NCBI GenBank assembly: GCA_963734495.1
Contig: CAVTHK010000012.1
Span: 1 to 64,000, forward strand
Length of the DNA: 64,000 nucleotides
Direction: 5' to 3'
DNA from: an uncultured Spirochaetota bacterium
GTDB lineage: Bacteria > Spirochaetota > Spirochaetia > SZUA-6 > CAVTHK01
A program made the translations under genes and the position numbers. The notes beneath the pieces are model-generated. The model was not told where the DNA came from, made no database searches, and worked only from the letters and a program-made list of their open reading frames with translations. Shown here one piece after another: positions 50,508 to 61,553 of the stretch (the first letter of the stretch is position 1; the number at the start of each line of letters is the position of its first letter).

Positions 50508-51863
50508 CTATTTCTTCGCCGCCTTCCGCTCGTTCCAGATGGCGAGCAGCGGGTCCGCAAGCGGCCCCTTGGCGACCTGCGCTTCGACCCAGTCGGTCAT
50601 CCGTGCGGTGAGCGCGGCGACGAGGTCCGGCCGCTGCGAGGCGATGTTGCGGGCCTGCCAGGGGTCGGCGTTCATGTCGTAGAGCTCGATCGGGTCAAAA
50701 CGATAGCCAAAGTCGTCAATCGTGCGCACCAGCAAGTGGTCATGGGTGCGCACGGCGCGCTGCAGCGTGTACAGCCCGTGGTCCCATACGAGGTAGTCGC
50801 GGCCCGGTCCCTTGCCGCCGCGCAGCGTCCCGGCGAAGCTTGCGCCGTCCCATTCCGGGGGCGACGGAATGGAGAGGAGGTCGCAGATCGTCGGCGCAAA
50901 ATCCGCGTTGGTGAGTAGCTCGTCGCCTACGACCGCCGGCTGCGCGCCGGGCCACTTGATGAGCAGCGGCACGTGGTGGATGCATTCGTCGGCGCACACG
51001 TGGTCGGAGTAGATGCCGTGCTCGCCAAAGGCGTCGCCGTGGTCGCCGGAGATGATGATCGCGGTGTCGTCGAGCAGTTTCTGGCGATCCAGCTCCTCCA
51101 GCACCTGCCGCAGCGCGTCGTCCACGTAGGCGATCGAGGCGTCGTACCCCGTGATCATGTGCTCGAAGTCCGCGCGGCTTGCCACCGATCCCGGCATCAG
51201 CGGGTAGGGGCTGCGGTGGTCGGGGAACTGCCCCGTGGCTGTAAAGGGCCCGCGGATCGACTGGTGGCCGCGGATGGCTGCCTCGTCCGGCCACGCCTGC
51301 GGCACGGGGTGGCCGCGGAAGCGGTCGGCCCAGCGGGCGTCCATCTTGTAGCAGCGGTGAGCGTCCCAGTAGTTGACGTGGAGATAGTAGTCCTCCCGCG
51401 CGGCGTTGGCGCGCAGCCACGGCAGGAGCATCGCGTTGACCTCGTCGGCGGTCTCCGCCCCTCCCTTGAGGTTCGGCGTGTGGAACTCCGACCATCCGTA
51501 CATGAACCACAGCGCGTTATGGCGGTCCGCGAAGTTGGAAAAGCAGAAGGTGTCGTAGCCGTTGCGCCTGAGCTGGCGCGGGAACATCTCGTTGTCGGCC
51601 TCGGGCCCGACGTAGTTGCGCGTGCGCAGCCGGAAGCGCGCGCCTTCGCCGTGATTGGAGAGCACGCCGTTACGGATGCCGAAGCGGCCGGACACCATCG
51701 CGGTCCGCGAAGGCAGGCACGGTGAGCTCTGGCAATAGTAGCGGTCATAGCGGACGGCCTGCCGGGCAACAGCATCGATGGTCGGCGACGTGGGCCGCGG
51801 GTAGCCGTAGCAGCCGAGGTGGTCGGGCCTGAGGCAGTCGATGTCGAAATAGAGGATGCGCAT
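50508..51863 (-). CDS. Sulfatase
   Basis: DIDCLRPDHLGCYGY, CxPxR (CLPSR), SGDHG. Confidence 0.9.
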   Translation of the reverse strand: MRILYFDIDCLRPDHLGCYGYPRPTSPTIDAVARQAVRYDRYYCQSSPCLPSRTAMVSGRFGIRNGVLSNHGEGARFRLRTRNYVGPEADNEMFPRQLRRNGYDTFCFSNFADRHNALWFMYGWSEFHTPNLKGGAETADEVNAMLLPWLRANAAREDYYLHVNYWDAHRCYKMDARWADRFRGHPVPQAWPDEAAIRGHQSIRGPFTATGQFPDHRSPYPLMPGSVASRADFEHMITGYDASIAYVDDALRQVLEELDRQKLLDDTAIIISGDHGDAFGEHGIYSDHVCADECIHHVPLLIKWPGAQPAVVGDELLTNADFAPTICDLLSIPSPPEWDGASFAGTLRGGKGPGRDYLVWDHGLYTLQRAVRTHDHLLVRTIDDFGYRFDPIELYDMNADPWQARNIASQRPDLVAALTARMTDWVEAQVAKGPLADPLLAIWNERKAAKK

Positions 51864-51944
51864 GGCGGGAGTAAACCGCGGCCCCCGCGCTCTCGTCAAG
51901 CGCGGCTCGCACGGTATTGCGGTCTCCGGCTGCCGCAGGCCGCG

Positions 51945-52883
51945 TCAGGCGATCGCCGCGAGCTGTCCGGCCAGCGCCGCGATCCGCTCGCGGTCCTCGA
52001 GCCCGTCGAGCCAGCGCCGCGGTATCGCATCCTCGCCGTTGAGCGCGCCGCTCACGGCGCCGGCCATGGCCGCCACCGAATCGGCGTCGCCGCCGAGGCT
52101 CACGGCAAAGCCCACCGTCTCCTCGTAACTCGCGGGCGAGCGCAGAAAGCAATAGATCGCCGTCGGCACCGAGTTCTGAACCTCGACCGTGTTGCCGATC
52201 GCCTTGATCACGCCGTAGGCGTCCGGCTCCGTCGCGAGCATCTCCTCGACGCGGCGCAGCCGACGGACCAGGACCTCCTGGCTCGCGGCGCCGATCAGGG
52301 CGCGCAGAAACGCGGCCTTGTCGAACCGGCCGCCGTCCCGTGTCCGGATGGCGAGCCCCACGGCGAGCGCCTGGAGCGCGCAGGCGTCCTGCGCGAGCTC
52401 GCCGCAGTGCGTGACCTCCCCCGAGTCGAGCGCAGCCCGCCTGAGCGCCTCGAGATCGCCGGAGTACAACGCGCCCACCGGCGCGACACGCATGGCTGAC
52501 CCGTTCCAGGAGGCGTTGAACACATCGAGGATCTGCCGCGAGGCCTTGCGCCAGTCCCACCCCAGGTCGACGAGGTAGACGAAGTTCCGAAAGACGATCC
52601 CGTACCCCCGGAAGTTGTCGTAGATCTCCACAAAGCGCCTTGCGAGGTCGTCCTGGCGGACGCCTCTGTTCGCGATGAGGCACTCCGCCAGCGCGATCAT
52701 GAGCTGGGTGTCGTCGGTGTAGCTTCCTCGCGGCAGCTTGCCGTCGAGCAGCTCGGTGACCTTTCCATGCTCGCGTCGGACCTGCAGGTAGTTCATGCCC
52801 TCGACCGGCATCCCGAGGGCGTCGCCCACGGCTGCGCCGAGGAGGCAGCCGCGAAAGCGCGACAGCGACGGCTTCTCTTTCAT
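51945..52883 (-). CDS. ADP-ribosylglycohydrolase family
   Basis: GDALG, YTDDTQ, NGSAMR, GGDADS. Confidence 0.9.
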   Translation of the reverse strand: MKEKPSLSRFRGCLLGAAVGDALGMPVEGMNYLQVRREHGKVTELLDGKLPRGSYTDDTQLMIALAECLIANRGVRQDDLARRFVEIYDNFRGYGIVFRNFVYLVDLGWDWRKASRQILDVFNASWNGSAMRVAPVGALYSGDLEALRRAALDSGEVTHCGELAQDACALQALAVGLAIRTRDGGRFDKAAFLRALIGAASQEVLVRRLRRVEEMLATEPDAYGVIKAIGNTVEVQNSVPTAIYCFLRSPASYEETVGFAVSLGGDADSVAAMAGAVSGALNGEDAIPRRWLDGLEDRERIAALAGQLAAIA

Positions 52884-53042
52884 GCGCTCCCGCCTTTCCC
52901 TGCGGGCAGGATGGCGCGAAGCGCCGCCGGCCGTCAACAGCCGCCCGGCGGCCGGACGTTCGATAGGGCTGCCGCCGTGGGGCTGACCTCATCTCATGAC
53001 AACGACGAGCCGCGCTGCCATAATGGGCCGCGGGAGGCGACC

Positions 53043-53732
53043 ATGACCACGCCCGTTGGGGAGGGCGCCGCGTCCTGCGCGGAGTGTCCTTTCGCGAACA
53101 CGGACCGGATCTGCCGGACGCCCACAGGGCGGCACCCGGAGGAGTGCCCGACAATCACACAGGAAGCGGCTCTCGCCAGGGCGCTGCAGCGGTACGACGA
53201 GCCGGAGACGCGCGACTTTGCCGCTCAGGCATCGATCCAGGAGGCCGAAGGGTACGCGGAACGCGGGACCCCCGGCGTGAGGCCGGCCAAACCCCGCATC
53301 GTCGAGATCGCCGAGTTCGCGCGCCGCATGGGGTACTCGCACCTGGGGCTGGTGTTCTGCAGCGGGTTGTTCCGGGAGGCGACCGTTGTGGCGCGCTTCT
53401 ATCGCGAGCGGGGTTTCACAGTCACCTCTGCGGTCTGCAAGGTGGGCGGCGTGCCCAAGGAGCGGATTGGCGTGACAGACGACCAGAAGATCGCGATCGG
53501 CAGTTTCGAGTCGATGTGCAACCCGATCACGCAGGCCGAGATCATGAACGCCGCCGGCACCGACTTGAACGTCGTGCTGGGCCTCTGCGTCGGGCACGAC
53601 TCCCTCGTGTTCCGCCACAGCCGGGCGCCCTGCACCGTGCTCGCGGCCAAGGACCGGGTCCTCGGACACAACCCGCTGGCCGCGGTCTACACCATGCAGG
53701 GATACTACGCCCACCTCACGCGCAGCCCGTGA
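53043..53732 (+). CDS. DUF1847 metal-binding protein
   Basis: CKVG, MCNPITQA, GLCVGHDS, KDRVLGHNP. Confidence 0.85.
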   Translation: MTTPVGEGAASCAECPFANTDRICRTPTGRHPEECPTITQEAALARALQRYDEPETRDFAAQASIQEAEGYAERGTPGVRPAKPRIVEIAEFARRMGYSHLGLVFCSGLFREATVVARFYRERGFTVTSAVCKVGGVPKERIGVTDDQKIAIGSFESMCNPITQAEIMNAAGTDLNVVLGLCVGHDSLVFRHSRAPCTVLAAKDRVLGHNPLAAVYTMQGYYAHLTRSP

Positions 53733-53845
53733 TGCGGCGGCGGCCTCCGTCGGCTCGTGTCAGCGACAGTCCCGACGGAGAGCGCGCGCGGCCGCCCCGC
53801 CGGCGCGGCGGACCCGCGAAAGGCCGGGCAGGCTCCCGCACTCGC

Positions 53846-54730
53846 CTACATCCCGATCTGCAGTCCCCCTTGCACGAACCACGACTGCTCCAGGTTCAAG
53901 GAGCTGGTCTCTTCGCTGCCGTCGAAGAACTCGAACCGGCGCACAAATGTGGCGCCGCCCTTGAGCGTGAGCTGAGCCCACGGGGTCACGTGCACCTGGA
54001 CCAGGGGGCCGGCAGTGGTCACCGAGTACTTGAGCAGCGGGTTTCCCACACCGAACTTGTCGGGGTCGCCGTGATACAGGTTGCCGCCGACCTCGCCGAA
54101 GACTCCGACGTCAAAGGTCTTGGAGGGCGAGTACAGGAGCGTGGCGTTCATGGGCAGGAGCGCGTCGAGCGCCAGTCGCGGGCTGATGGCCCACTTGACG
54201 AGCACAAAGGGCAGGGGGATCGCGTCACCAAAGTCCCTCGTGTAGGCGACGCCCGCCCCGAGGGAGAACCTGTCGCTAAAGTCGTGCTTCGCCCCCAGCA
54301 CGCCGGTGAACGACACATCGTTGCCGGAGAGCTTCCCTTCGAGGTCCGAGGCGATCCCCGGAGTGGCGACCGCGACGAGCTGCCACTTTTCCGAGAGCTT
54401 CTCGATCAGGAACAGCGTGTAGGTCACCGAGTGCGTGCGGTTGATGGGGGTTGCGATCACCCCCGAGGGATCGTCGTAGCCGATGGTGACCTCTTCGTAG
54501 GTGACGCTGTTCAGGATCAACGTCCTGCCGCCGCCAAAGGACAGCGGAAAGGCGGCGCCCGTCTGCCACGAGCTCACCTGGAGCTCCACGCCCTGGGGCG
54601 CATCCGAATCCGAGAACCGGGACGGCGGGAAGTACGTGTACTTGCCCCAGACGCCAAGGGCCTGGGCGGAGAGCCCTCCGCCCGCCACCAACACCAGCAG
54701 AACCACTGCCGCGAAGATTGCCTTCTTCAT
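53846..54730 (-). CDS. Outer-membrane beta-barrel protein (DUF6268-like)
   Basis: Signal peptide, alternating beta strands, PGIASD and PLPF motifs; ATGA overlap. Confidence 0.7.
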   Translation of the reverse strand: MKKAIFAAVVLLVLVAGGGLSAQALGVWGKYTYFPPSRFSDSDAPQGVELQVSSWQTGAAFPLSFGGGRTLILNSVTYEEVTIGYDDPSGVIATPINRTHSVTYTLFLIEKLSEKWQLVAVATPGIASDLEGKLSGNDVSFTGVLGAKHDFSDRFSLGAGVAYTRDFGDAIPLPFVLVKWAISPRLALDALLPMNATLLYSPSKTFDVGVFGEVGGNLYHGDPDKFGVGNPLLKYSVTTAGPLVQVHVTPWAQLTLKGGATFVRRFEFFDGSEETSSLNLEQSWFVQGGLQIGM

Positions 54731-56605
54731 TTTCCTTCTCCTCTCTTGTTCATAGCCACGGTCACTCTCTCCAGGACCACACCGCCCCAATAGAGCCTCT
54801 CCACACCCGCCTCGTTCACGACACGCAGGGTCTCTCCCATGTGCCGGCCGAGCCCGGCGCTCACGAGGGCGTTGTCCCCGCGGGGCAGCACGGGAATCAC
54901 GAGCGGCTCGGGTATCATGGCCACGTTCACCTGCAGCGTCAGGAACCCCAGGGCCTCGTCGAACGCCAGTCTCACGCCGTGGACAAAGGGCTGCGGATCG
55001 GGGTCTTTGACCGACCAGTCGCCGCGGCGCGCGAGCCAGACGGCAGGGACCGGCTGCGGCTCCACGGCCAGCGCCACGCTGCGGAACATGCCGGACTCGT
55101 AGATGCCTACCACTCGCCTGCCGTCGATCTCGCGGAACACGACCTGGATTCGGGCCAGCTCCGGGATCGGCAGCGGCAGGAACCCGGCGATCCGCGCCTG
55201 CAGGCCGTAGCTTTCCGCGTCCCTGGGGACGAGGTGCAAAGTCTTGCCTCCCATCGTCACGGTGGCCCGGCCGGGGCGACCGCCGACCGCGAGGGCTCCG
55301 ATTTCGCTCATGTAGACGCCCCGAAGCTCCGCGGGCTCGAGCGCCCGGCCCGGCAGGTCGCCAAAGCGGTGCACCGGCGTGTTGTGCCGTGGCCTCTGGC
55401 CGGTCCGGGCCTCCACCGCCTTTGCCAGAGCCCTGTAGGCGAGCTCAAAGGGCACACGCTCGCCGGTGTTGCTGAGCAGGGCCACCCCGACGCCGTAATC
55501 CGGCGCCACCAGGAGCACGGACGCAAAGGGTGCTATTCCCCCGTCGTGCCAGGCGACGCGGATGTCCGGGTAGCCCGGGAGGCTCGCGAGGCGGAAGGCC
55601 AGCCCCATCTCGTAGTCGAGGTCGAGCGCAACGCCGGCGTTCTGGCGGCGGAGCATCTCGCGGAGCGTCGCCGGCTGCAGGACGCGTGTGGGCTTTCGCC
55701 GCGGGCTCCGCTGCGCCGTCGGCGAGGATCATCTCGATAAACCGGACCACGTCGTCAGCGGTCGCCCAGAGCCCGCCTTCGGATCGTCCCACAAACCGGG
55801 GCGCAGTCACCTCCTGCTTGCCGTCAAACCCGCGCGAGAGCGCTTCGTCGAACTGAGGATCGGCGAACTCAGAGTCCCGCATCCCGAGGGGCAGCAGGAT
55901 CTCGTCCTTTACGTATTCGACGTAGGGGCGCCCGCTCACGCGCGCCACCAGCACGCCGAGCAGCGTGTATCCCAGGTTGCTGTAGTGAGCGAGGAGCCGC
56001 GGGGGCTCGGTCACGGGGCCGGCCGCGATCAGCGGGACGAAGTCCATAAAGGCCTCGTTCAGCCCGGAGGTCGGACCGTCGTAGAGAACCCCCTTGAGCA
56101 CGTCCGAAGCGATGCCGGCGTGATGGGTCAGCACGTCCCTCACCGTCGGCTCCGGCGCCCCTGGGTACCTGACCCCCGCCATCTCCTTGACGTACCGGCC
56201 CATCGGCGCGTCCAGGTCCACCAGCCCCTTCTCCACGAGTTGCATGACCGCCACGGCTGTAAAGAGCTTGGTCACCGAGGCCAGCATCATCGGTGTCCGG
56301 GGGGTGAGAGGCCTCCCGGCTCCCGCCGAGCCGAAGGCCGCGGTCCAGGAGCCGCCATCTTTGTCCACGAGCGCGATGGCGAGACCCTGCAGGTGCTCCC
56401 GCCGCATCGTTCTCTCTATGTCCCGGCTGAGCTCCGCGGCGAGGGACTGCGGGCCGGCGCCGGTTTGCCCCGCCTTCGCGCTGCACCCGGCCAGCGCGAC
56501 CAGCGCCAGCGCGGCCAGCGCCAGCGCGAGCGCCGCAACCGCGCGCGCGGCCGCGAGGGCCTGTCTCGCTCCCGCCTCGCGGTGCTGTTTCCATGTGTGT
56601 TTCAC
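54727..56605 (-). CDS. Lipoprotein serine hydrolase (beta-lactamase family), frameshift ~55690
   Basis: Lipobox LAGC, SxxK (SVTK), YSN, WHDGG. Confidence 0.85.
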
Positions 56606-56653
56606 GTGTTTCCTCCTGACGCCGAATAATGGCCCTGACAGCGGCTCTCCGGT

Positions 56654-56702
56654 ATCCATCGATGGGACGATTCTGACGGAAAGGCCTCAACCTTCGGGTT
56701 GA
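56654..56702 (-). promoter_or_regulatory. Conserved 49-bp double-palindrome site, copy 1
   Basis: ATCCATC...GGGACGA-N15-CTCAACCTTCGGGTTGA, 22 nt from a CATTAT -10. Confidence 0.55.
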
Positions 56703-56753
56703 TTTTGACGTCAACCCGGCCGAACCCGCCTCTGCGTGAGCGGCGAGCCCCGC

Positions 56754-57638
56754 TCATGCGAGCCAACCGGCCACAACGGCGAGGACAACGACCATCAGCA
56801 CGACGCCCTCCACCCCGTGGATGATGACGGACATCCAGTTCGACCGGAACACCCTGGACGGGAGTGCGATGAAGATGTCGCTGATCAGGAAGACCGGGAT
56901 GTACGAAGCCTTGTGCACGTGGTAGGCCGCGAAGAGCCAGGCATTCGCGAGCCAGTCGAAGCGGCCAAAGGCGCCGTTCATCTTCGGGAGCAGGATGCCG
57001 CGAAAGAGCAGCTCTTCGCCGAGCAGGTAGTTGAAGACGCTGCTCACCAGCGCGAGACCGACGAGCCACCACGCTCCGACGAACATGGGGCTCGCGAGAC
57101 CCCTTATGTCGGCGTATCCGGGCGTTGCGAGCCACGGCGCCAGCCTGAGGACGGCCGCTCGAAGCGGTTCCAGGATGCCGGTCTCGCTGAACGCGAATAC
57201 GTAGACGAGGACCGGTATGACCGCGAGAAAGAGGATGGGCCGGCGCCGCCCCGAGCGCGGGTCGGTGGGCGCGGCAAGCCAGAGCCGTTTCTTGAGGTTC
57301 TCCCAGGTAAGCGGCCGGACCTCGCGCCGGATGATGATCGCCGACAGGACGAACTGCCAGGCCATGCCGAGAACCATCATGATCCAGAAGAAGATTCCAG
57401 GGGCAAGAGTCGCCGGCAGCCGCGGTATTGCGAGCGGCACGACGACGTAGCGCAAGAGTCCCATCGGCGCGGTCGCGGCGAGCCAGATCCCCAGGATCTT
57501 TGCGAGCGTGTACTGGCGCTCTTCGACGGCGGCTGTTGCGGTCGATGATCGATCCGCCCCCAGACCCTGATCCGCGGCGAGCTCGAGCGCACTCTCGCCG
57601 CGGACTTCATTTCGATTCCTGTTCATGCGAGCCTCCAT
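56754..57638 (-). CDS. CPBP (CAAX protease-like) intramembrane metalloprotease
   Basis: GEELLFRG, FAAYH, IIHG. Confidence 0.9.
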   Translation of the reverse strand: MEARMNRNRNEVRGESALELAADQGLGADRSSTATAAVEERQYTLAKILGIWLAATAPMGLLRYVVVPLAIPRLPATLAPGIFFWIMMVLGMAWQFVLSAIIIRREVRPLTWENLKKRLWLAAPTDPRSGRRRPILFLAVIPVLVYVFAFSETGILEPLRAAVLRLAPWLATPGYADIRGLASPMFVGAWWLVGLALVSSVFNYLLGEELLFRGILLPKMNGAFGRFDWLANAWLFAAYHVHKASYIPVFLISDIFIALPSRVFRSNWMSVIIHGVEGVVLMVVVLAVVAGWLA

Positions 57639-57672
57639 GGCGGGAGTGTAGGAGGGCTCCGCGGACAGAACT

Positions 57673-57721
57673 ATCGATCGAAGGGTGGATTTGGCCAGTG
57701 GGGCATCGATCAAGCGGTTGA
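57673..57721 (-). promoter_or_regulatory. Conserved 49-bp double-palindrome site, copy 2
   Basis: 35/49 identical to 60591-60639; 22 nt from a TACACT -10. Confidence 0.65.
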
Positions 57722-57848
57722 TTTGCCCGCGGGCGAACCAATCTACAGGCGAGCCTGTTAGGGGGCGGGTCAGCCTGCCGGCGCGGGCGCAATCCGCAGG
57801 CAGGTCATGAGCGGGCGAGTCAGCCTGCGCGCGCAGTGCACACGCGGG

Positions 57849-58800
57849 CTAATGCACGGGCGAGTCAGCCTGCGGGCGGGTCAGGTTGTAGAGCCCGTAG
57901 CGGCTCTTGGTCCCGGTCTTCTCGTAGATGTTGTGGATGTGGGTCTTGACCGTGGCGAGGCTCACGAAGAGCTTTTCGGCGATCTCCTTGTTCGAGAGGC
58001 CCTGGTTGAGGAGGGGGATGACTTCGCGCTCGCGGGGAGACAATCCGTACTCGTCTACAAAGGTCGGGTGCACTATCGGGAGGCGCCTGCCAGTCCGCCA
58101 GGATATAGGCGCCAAAGTAGTACATCAGGATCCCGCCAAAGAGCAGGTGCGGGACGGAGGCCACCATAAAGGAGCCTCCGACCGGCTCCAGAGAGATCTC
58201 TCGCGTGCCCGCGAAGTACAGGATCATTCCCCAGACATTCGAGACGAAGGCCACGAACCCGAAGACGGTCAGAGACCAGATCAGGACGAGCTCGCGAACC
58301 GGGCGGTCCCTCTTCGGGCCCGTAACCCCGAGGGCGAGCAGGTAGGCGAACAGTGCAAGGAGCAGGAAGTAGGAGGCGCTGCCGAGGCCGGTGTACCGCA
58401 TCGTGGCGCGTGCGAGATCGACGGTCCCGGACCCGGGCAGGAAGCTGAGGATAAGGCCGACCGCATAGGCGCCGACCACGACCCAATCCCGCAGCGTTCG
58501 TCCCTTCTCGACGAACAGTCGGTGAAAGTAAAGCGTTACGATGCACATGAACAGCGCGTTGAGAACGTTTCCGACCGTGTGCGTGGCAAAGAAGACACCG
58601 ACGGAAACGGGATGCACGTTCACATAGAGGTACTGCTCGACCGCGACGATGGAGATCCTGACCGTCAGGATGCCGTAAAAGGCGATGAGCAGCCAGTACG
58701 CTCCGATCCGGGACCTGATCGTGCCGAGGACCGACACGGCGACGGCAACGAACCCTGTCAGGGCCACGACGACGTAATAGACGATCATCGCGTGGGGCAC
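57849..58800 (-). CDS. Multi-TM LuxR-family regulator, frameshift ~58070
   Basis: About 7 TM segments, then [41 protein letters not shown]. Confidence 0.85.
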
Positions 58801-58948
58801 GCCGCTAATCTACGCACTGCGATGGCTTGCGTTCAAGCGGAAGCGCCGGGCGCAGGGTGGGGGTGAAAAAAGGGGAACGGGTGGGAAGAAGGGCGCCTGC
58901 GGCCGGCATCACCAATCGAGCCGGCCGCAGGCGCCCGGGGAGTCGCGC

Positions 58949-60543
58949 CTACTTCGACTGTGACAGGAGAGCCGCCGTGTGCTCGAGCACCAGGCCGGGC
59001 CCGTAGCCATTCACGTTTCCGAGCACCGCGATCGAGAGCCCCCGCCTGGGGTAGATCCGCAGGAGCGAATCGACCCCAGGGGCGCCTCCCGCGTGCTCCA
59101 CGAAGGGCTCGCGCCCCTGCTGTCCGAGACGCCATGCGAGTCCCATGCCGAGCGGCTTGCCGTCCGTGGATTTCTGCATGCGTCAGCATCTTTCGCACCG
59201 TCGATTGTGCCAGCACGCGGTTGCCCGCGATCTCGCCGTCGTTGAGGAACATCCAGCCGAACAGCGCCGCGTCCGCGGCCGGGCTCTTGACGCCTGCCCA
59301 GGCCGGAAGGATGTCGAACGGCGCGAGATGAGCGAGCTTGCCCGCTCTGTACGCGACAAAGTCGCCTGTTTCGAGCCCGTTTCGCTCGAAGAGCGCTTTG
59401 GTCGCGGCGAGCTGCTCGCCCGTCACCACCGCAAGGGCTTCCGGCGCTCCGGCGAGAGCCGCCGTGGTGTACGCGGTCCCTTTCATGCCCGCCGGCGCGA
59501 AGATGTGCCGCCTGACGTAGGCGGTGAGCTCCTCCCCCGACACCTTTTCGACCAGTCTCCCCAGGATCAGGAAGTTCCAGTTGTTGTAGGTGGAAAGGGA
59601 GCCCGGCTCGTACTCCAGCCCGTTCACTCGCGGCCAGTAGCTCTCGAGCACGGACGTCATGGTCCGGCATCCGGTTCGCACCGAACGCCACCAGATGATC
59701 CACTTCGAAAACAGGAAGGCCGGCGCTGTGAGTGAGAAGGTTGCGGACCGTGATCCTTCTTCCCAGGGGAAACTCCGGGAAATAGGTGTCGAGGGTGGCA
59801 TCGAGATCCACCCGGCCCTGTTCCACCTGCTGCATCACGGCCGTGGCGGTCACGATCTTGGTGATGGAGCCCCAGTGGTAGGCGACATCCGGGCTCGCCG
59901 CGACGCCGCGTCCCCGGTCTCCCGCCGCGTACTGGTAGACGACCTTGCCGGTCCTGACGGCCGCAACGGAGATGCTGCCGCCGAACGATGCGGCGGTGCT
60001 GTCGATAAAGCGCTCGAGCTCCGCGAAGGTGCGAGGTCGAAACGGCTCGCCGGCGGCCTTGCCGAACTCGAAGCTCGCGATGATCCCGGCGACCGGCGCC
60101 GGCAGCGTATCCGGCGTCGAATCGCCCCCACCGTAGACGACCATGCCGTAGAGCGTGCCGCCGCGGTACTGGTAGGCGATGCCCGCCCACTCGCCTTTGG
60201 TCGCCGTGCTGAACGCATCGGCCCGCCACGCGCCGAACGACGTGCTTCCGGCGAGCTCGAGTGAGGCGAAGTCTTTTCCGATCCGCTCGAACGCGAGCGC
60301 CCGGCCGGCCTGCTCGTTCGGCGCCTCGGCCGCGACCAGGTACGCCTCCATCGCCGGCGAATCCAGCGTGTAGTGGTCGTAGGTGCCATCGGTGACCTGC
60401 GGCTTCAGATCCGCGGAGGCCCGGTAGGTGAACCGCCCCTGCGGATCCTCCACCAGCTTTCCACCGCCCGAGGTCGCGCAGCCCGATAGCGCGATGGCGA
60501 CAGCCGCGACTGCCGCAATGAGCCAACGCCAATTTCGATTCAT
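58949..60543 (-). CDS. Lipoprotein serine hydrolase (beta-lactamase family), frameshifts ~59660 and ~59180
   Basis: Lipobox LSGC, SITK, LLTHSAG, YNN, HAGG. Confidence 0.85.
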
Positions 60544-60590
60544 ACGATCCTCCTGGCGCCAGAGGATAGGCGGGCGGCGAGGCGGGAACC

Positions 60591-60639
60591 ATCGATCATC
60601 GGGTGGAAATGGCGCCGCGAGCATCCATCAACGGGTTGA
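60591..60639 (-). promoter_or_regulatory. Conserved 49-bp double-palindrome site, copy 3
   Basis: 22 nt from a TATCCT -10 (60563-60568). Confidence 0.65.
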
Positions 60640-60739
60640 ATCGGTGCCGCTCACGGCGCTCACCGGGCCCGGCGTGGTCCGCGCGCGGCCGTTGAACAGT
60701 CCCCCCCGGCCGTAGCATCATGCCGCGACGGAGGCACGC

Positions 60740-61553
60740 ATGCTGCTCAAGGACAAAGTCGCGCTGGTCACGGGGTCGGGCACGGGCATCGGCAAAGGGA
60801 TCGCGCTGCGGTTTGCCCGCGAAGGCGCCGCGGTCGTCGTCAACTCCCGCACAGAGGCTAATGTGAAGGCGACTGCCGAGGAGATCCGCAAGCTCGGCGG
60901 GACCGCGCTCGAGGCGGCGGCCGACGTCACGGTCGAAGCCGAAGTCGAGCGCCTCTTCGCCCGCCTCATGGCCGAGCTCGGCCGGATCGACATCCTCGTG
61001 AACAACGCGATGACGCCCAACGCCCGCTGGAGCGCCCCGTTCCTCCAGCTTACCTCGGCCGAGTGGGACGGCTTTATGAAGGCGAACCTCGGCTCGCTCT
61101 TCTACTGCACCCACCGGGCCGCGAAGATCATGGCGCGGCAGAAGATCCGCGGCAGCATCATCAACATCAGCACCAACGGCGCCGTCCGTCCCGCACCGCG
61201 GGATCATCGCCTACGACTCGATGAAGGGCGCCATGGACAGCTTTACCCGCGCCGTGGCGGTCGACCTCGGGCCGTGGGGCATCCGCGTCAACGCCATCCG
61301 GCCCGGCCGCATCCTCATCGAGTCGAGGGCGGGCTTCTTCGACGCGCGGCCGATGGCTGACCCCAATATCCCGCTGCAGCGCGTGGGCTACCCCGAGGAC
61401 GTCGCGGGCGCCGCCCTCTTTCTCGCCTCGGACGACTCGAGCTACGTCACGGGGCAGGCCTTCGAGGTCGACGGCGGCTTGATCGTGCAGGGCCGCTCGC
61501 CCTGCGCGGAGGGGAAGCCGCCGGCCAACCCGCAGACGGTGACCGAGTTCTAG
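60740..61553 (+). CDS. SDR-family oxidoreductase, frameshift ~61190
   Basis: TGSGTGIG, LVNNA, YxxxK (YDSMK), IRVNAIRPG, VDGG. Confidence 0.9.

Noticed and set aside
57763-57874. Mini CRISPR array
   Set aside because: Repeats are only 16-17 bp, spacing is uneven, one copy is coding, and there are no cas genes
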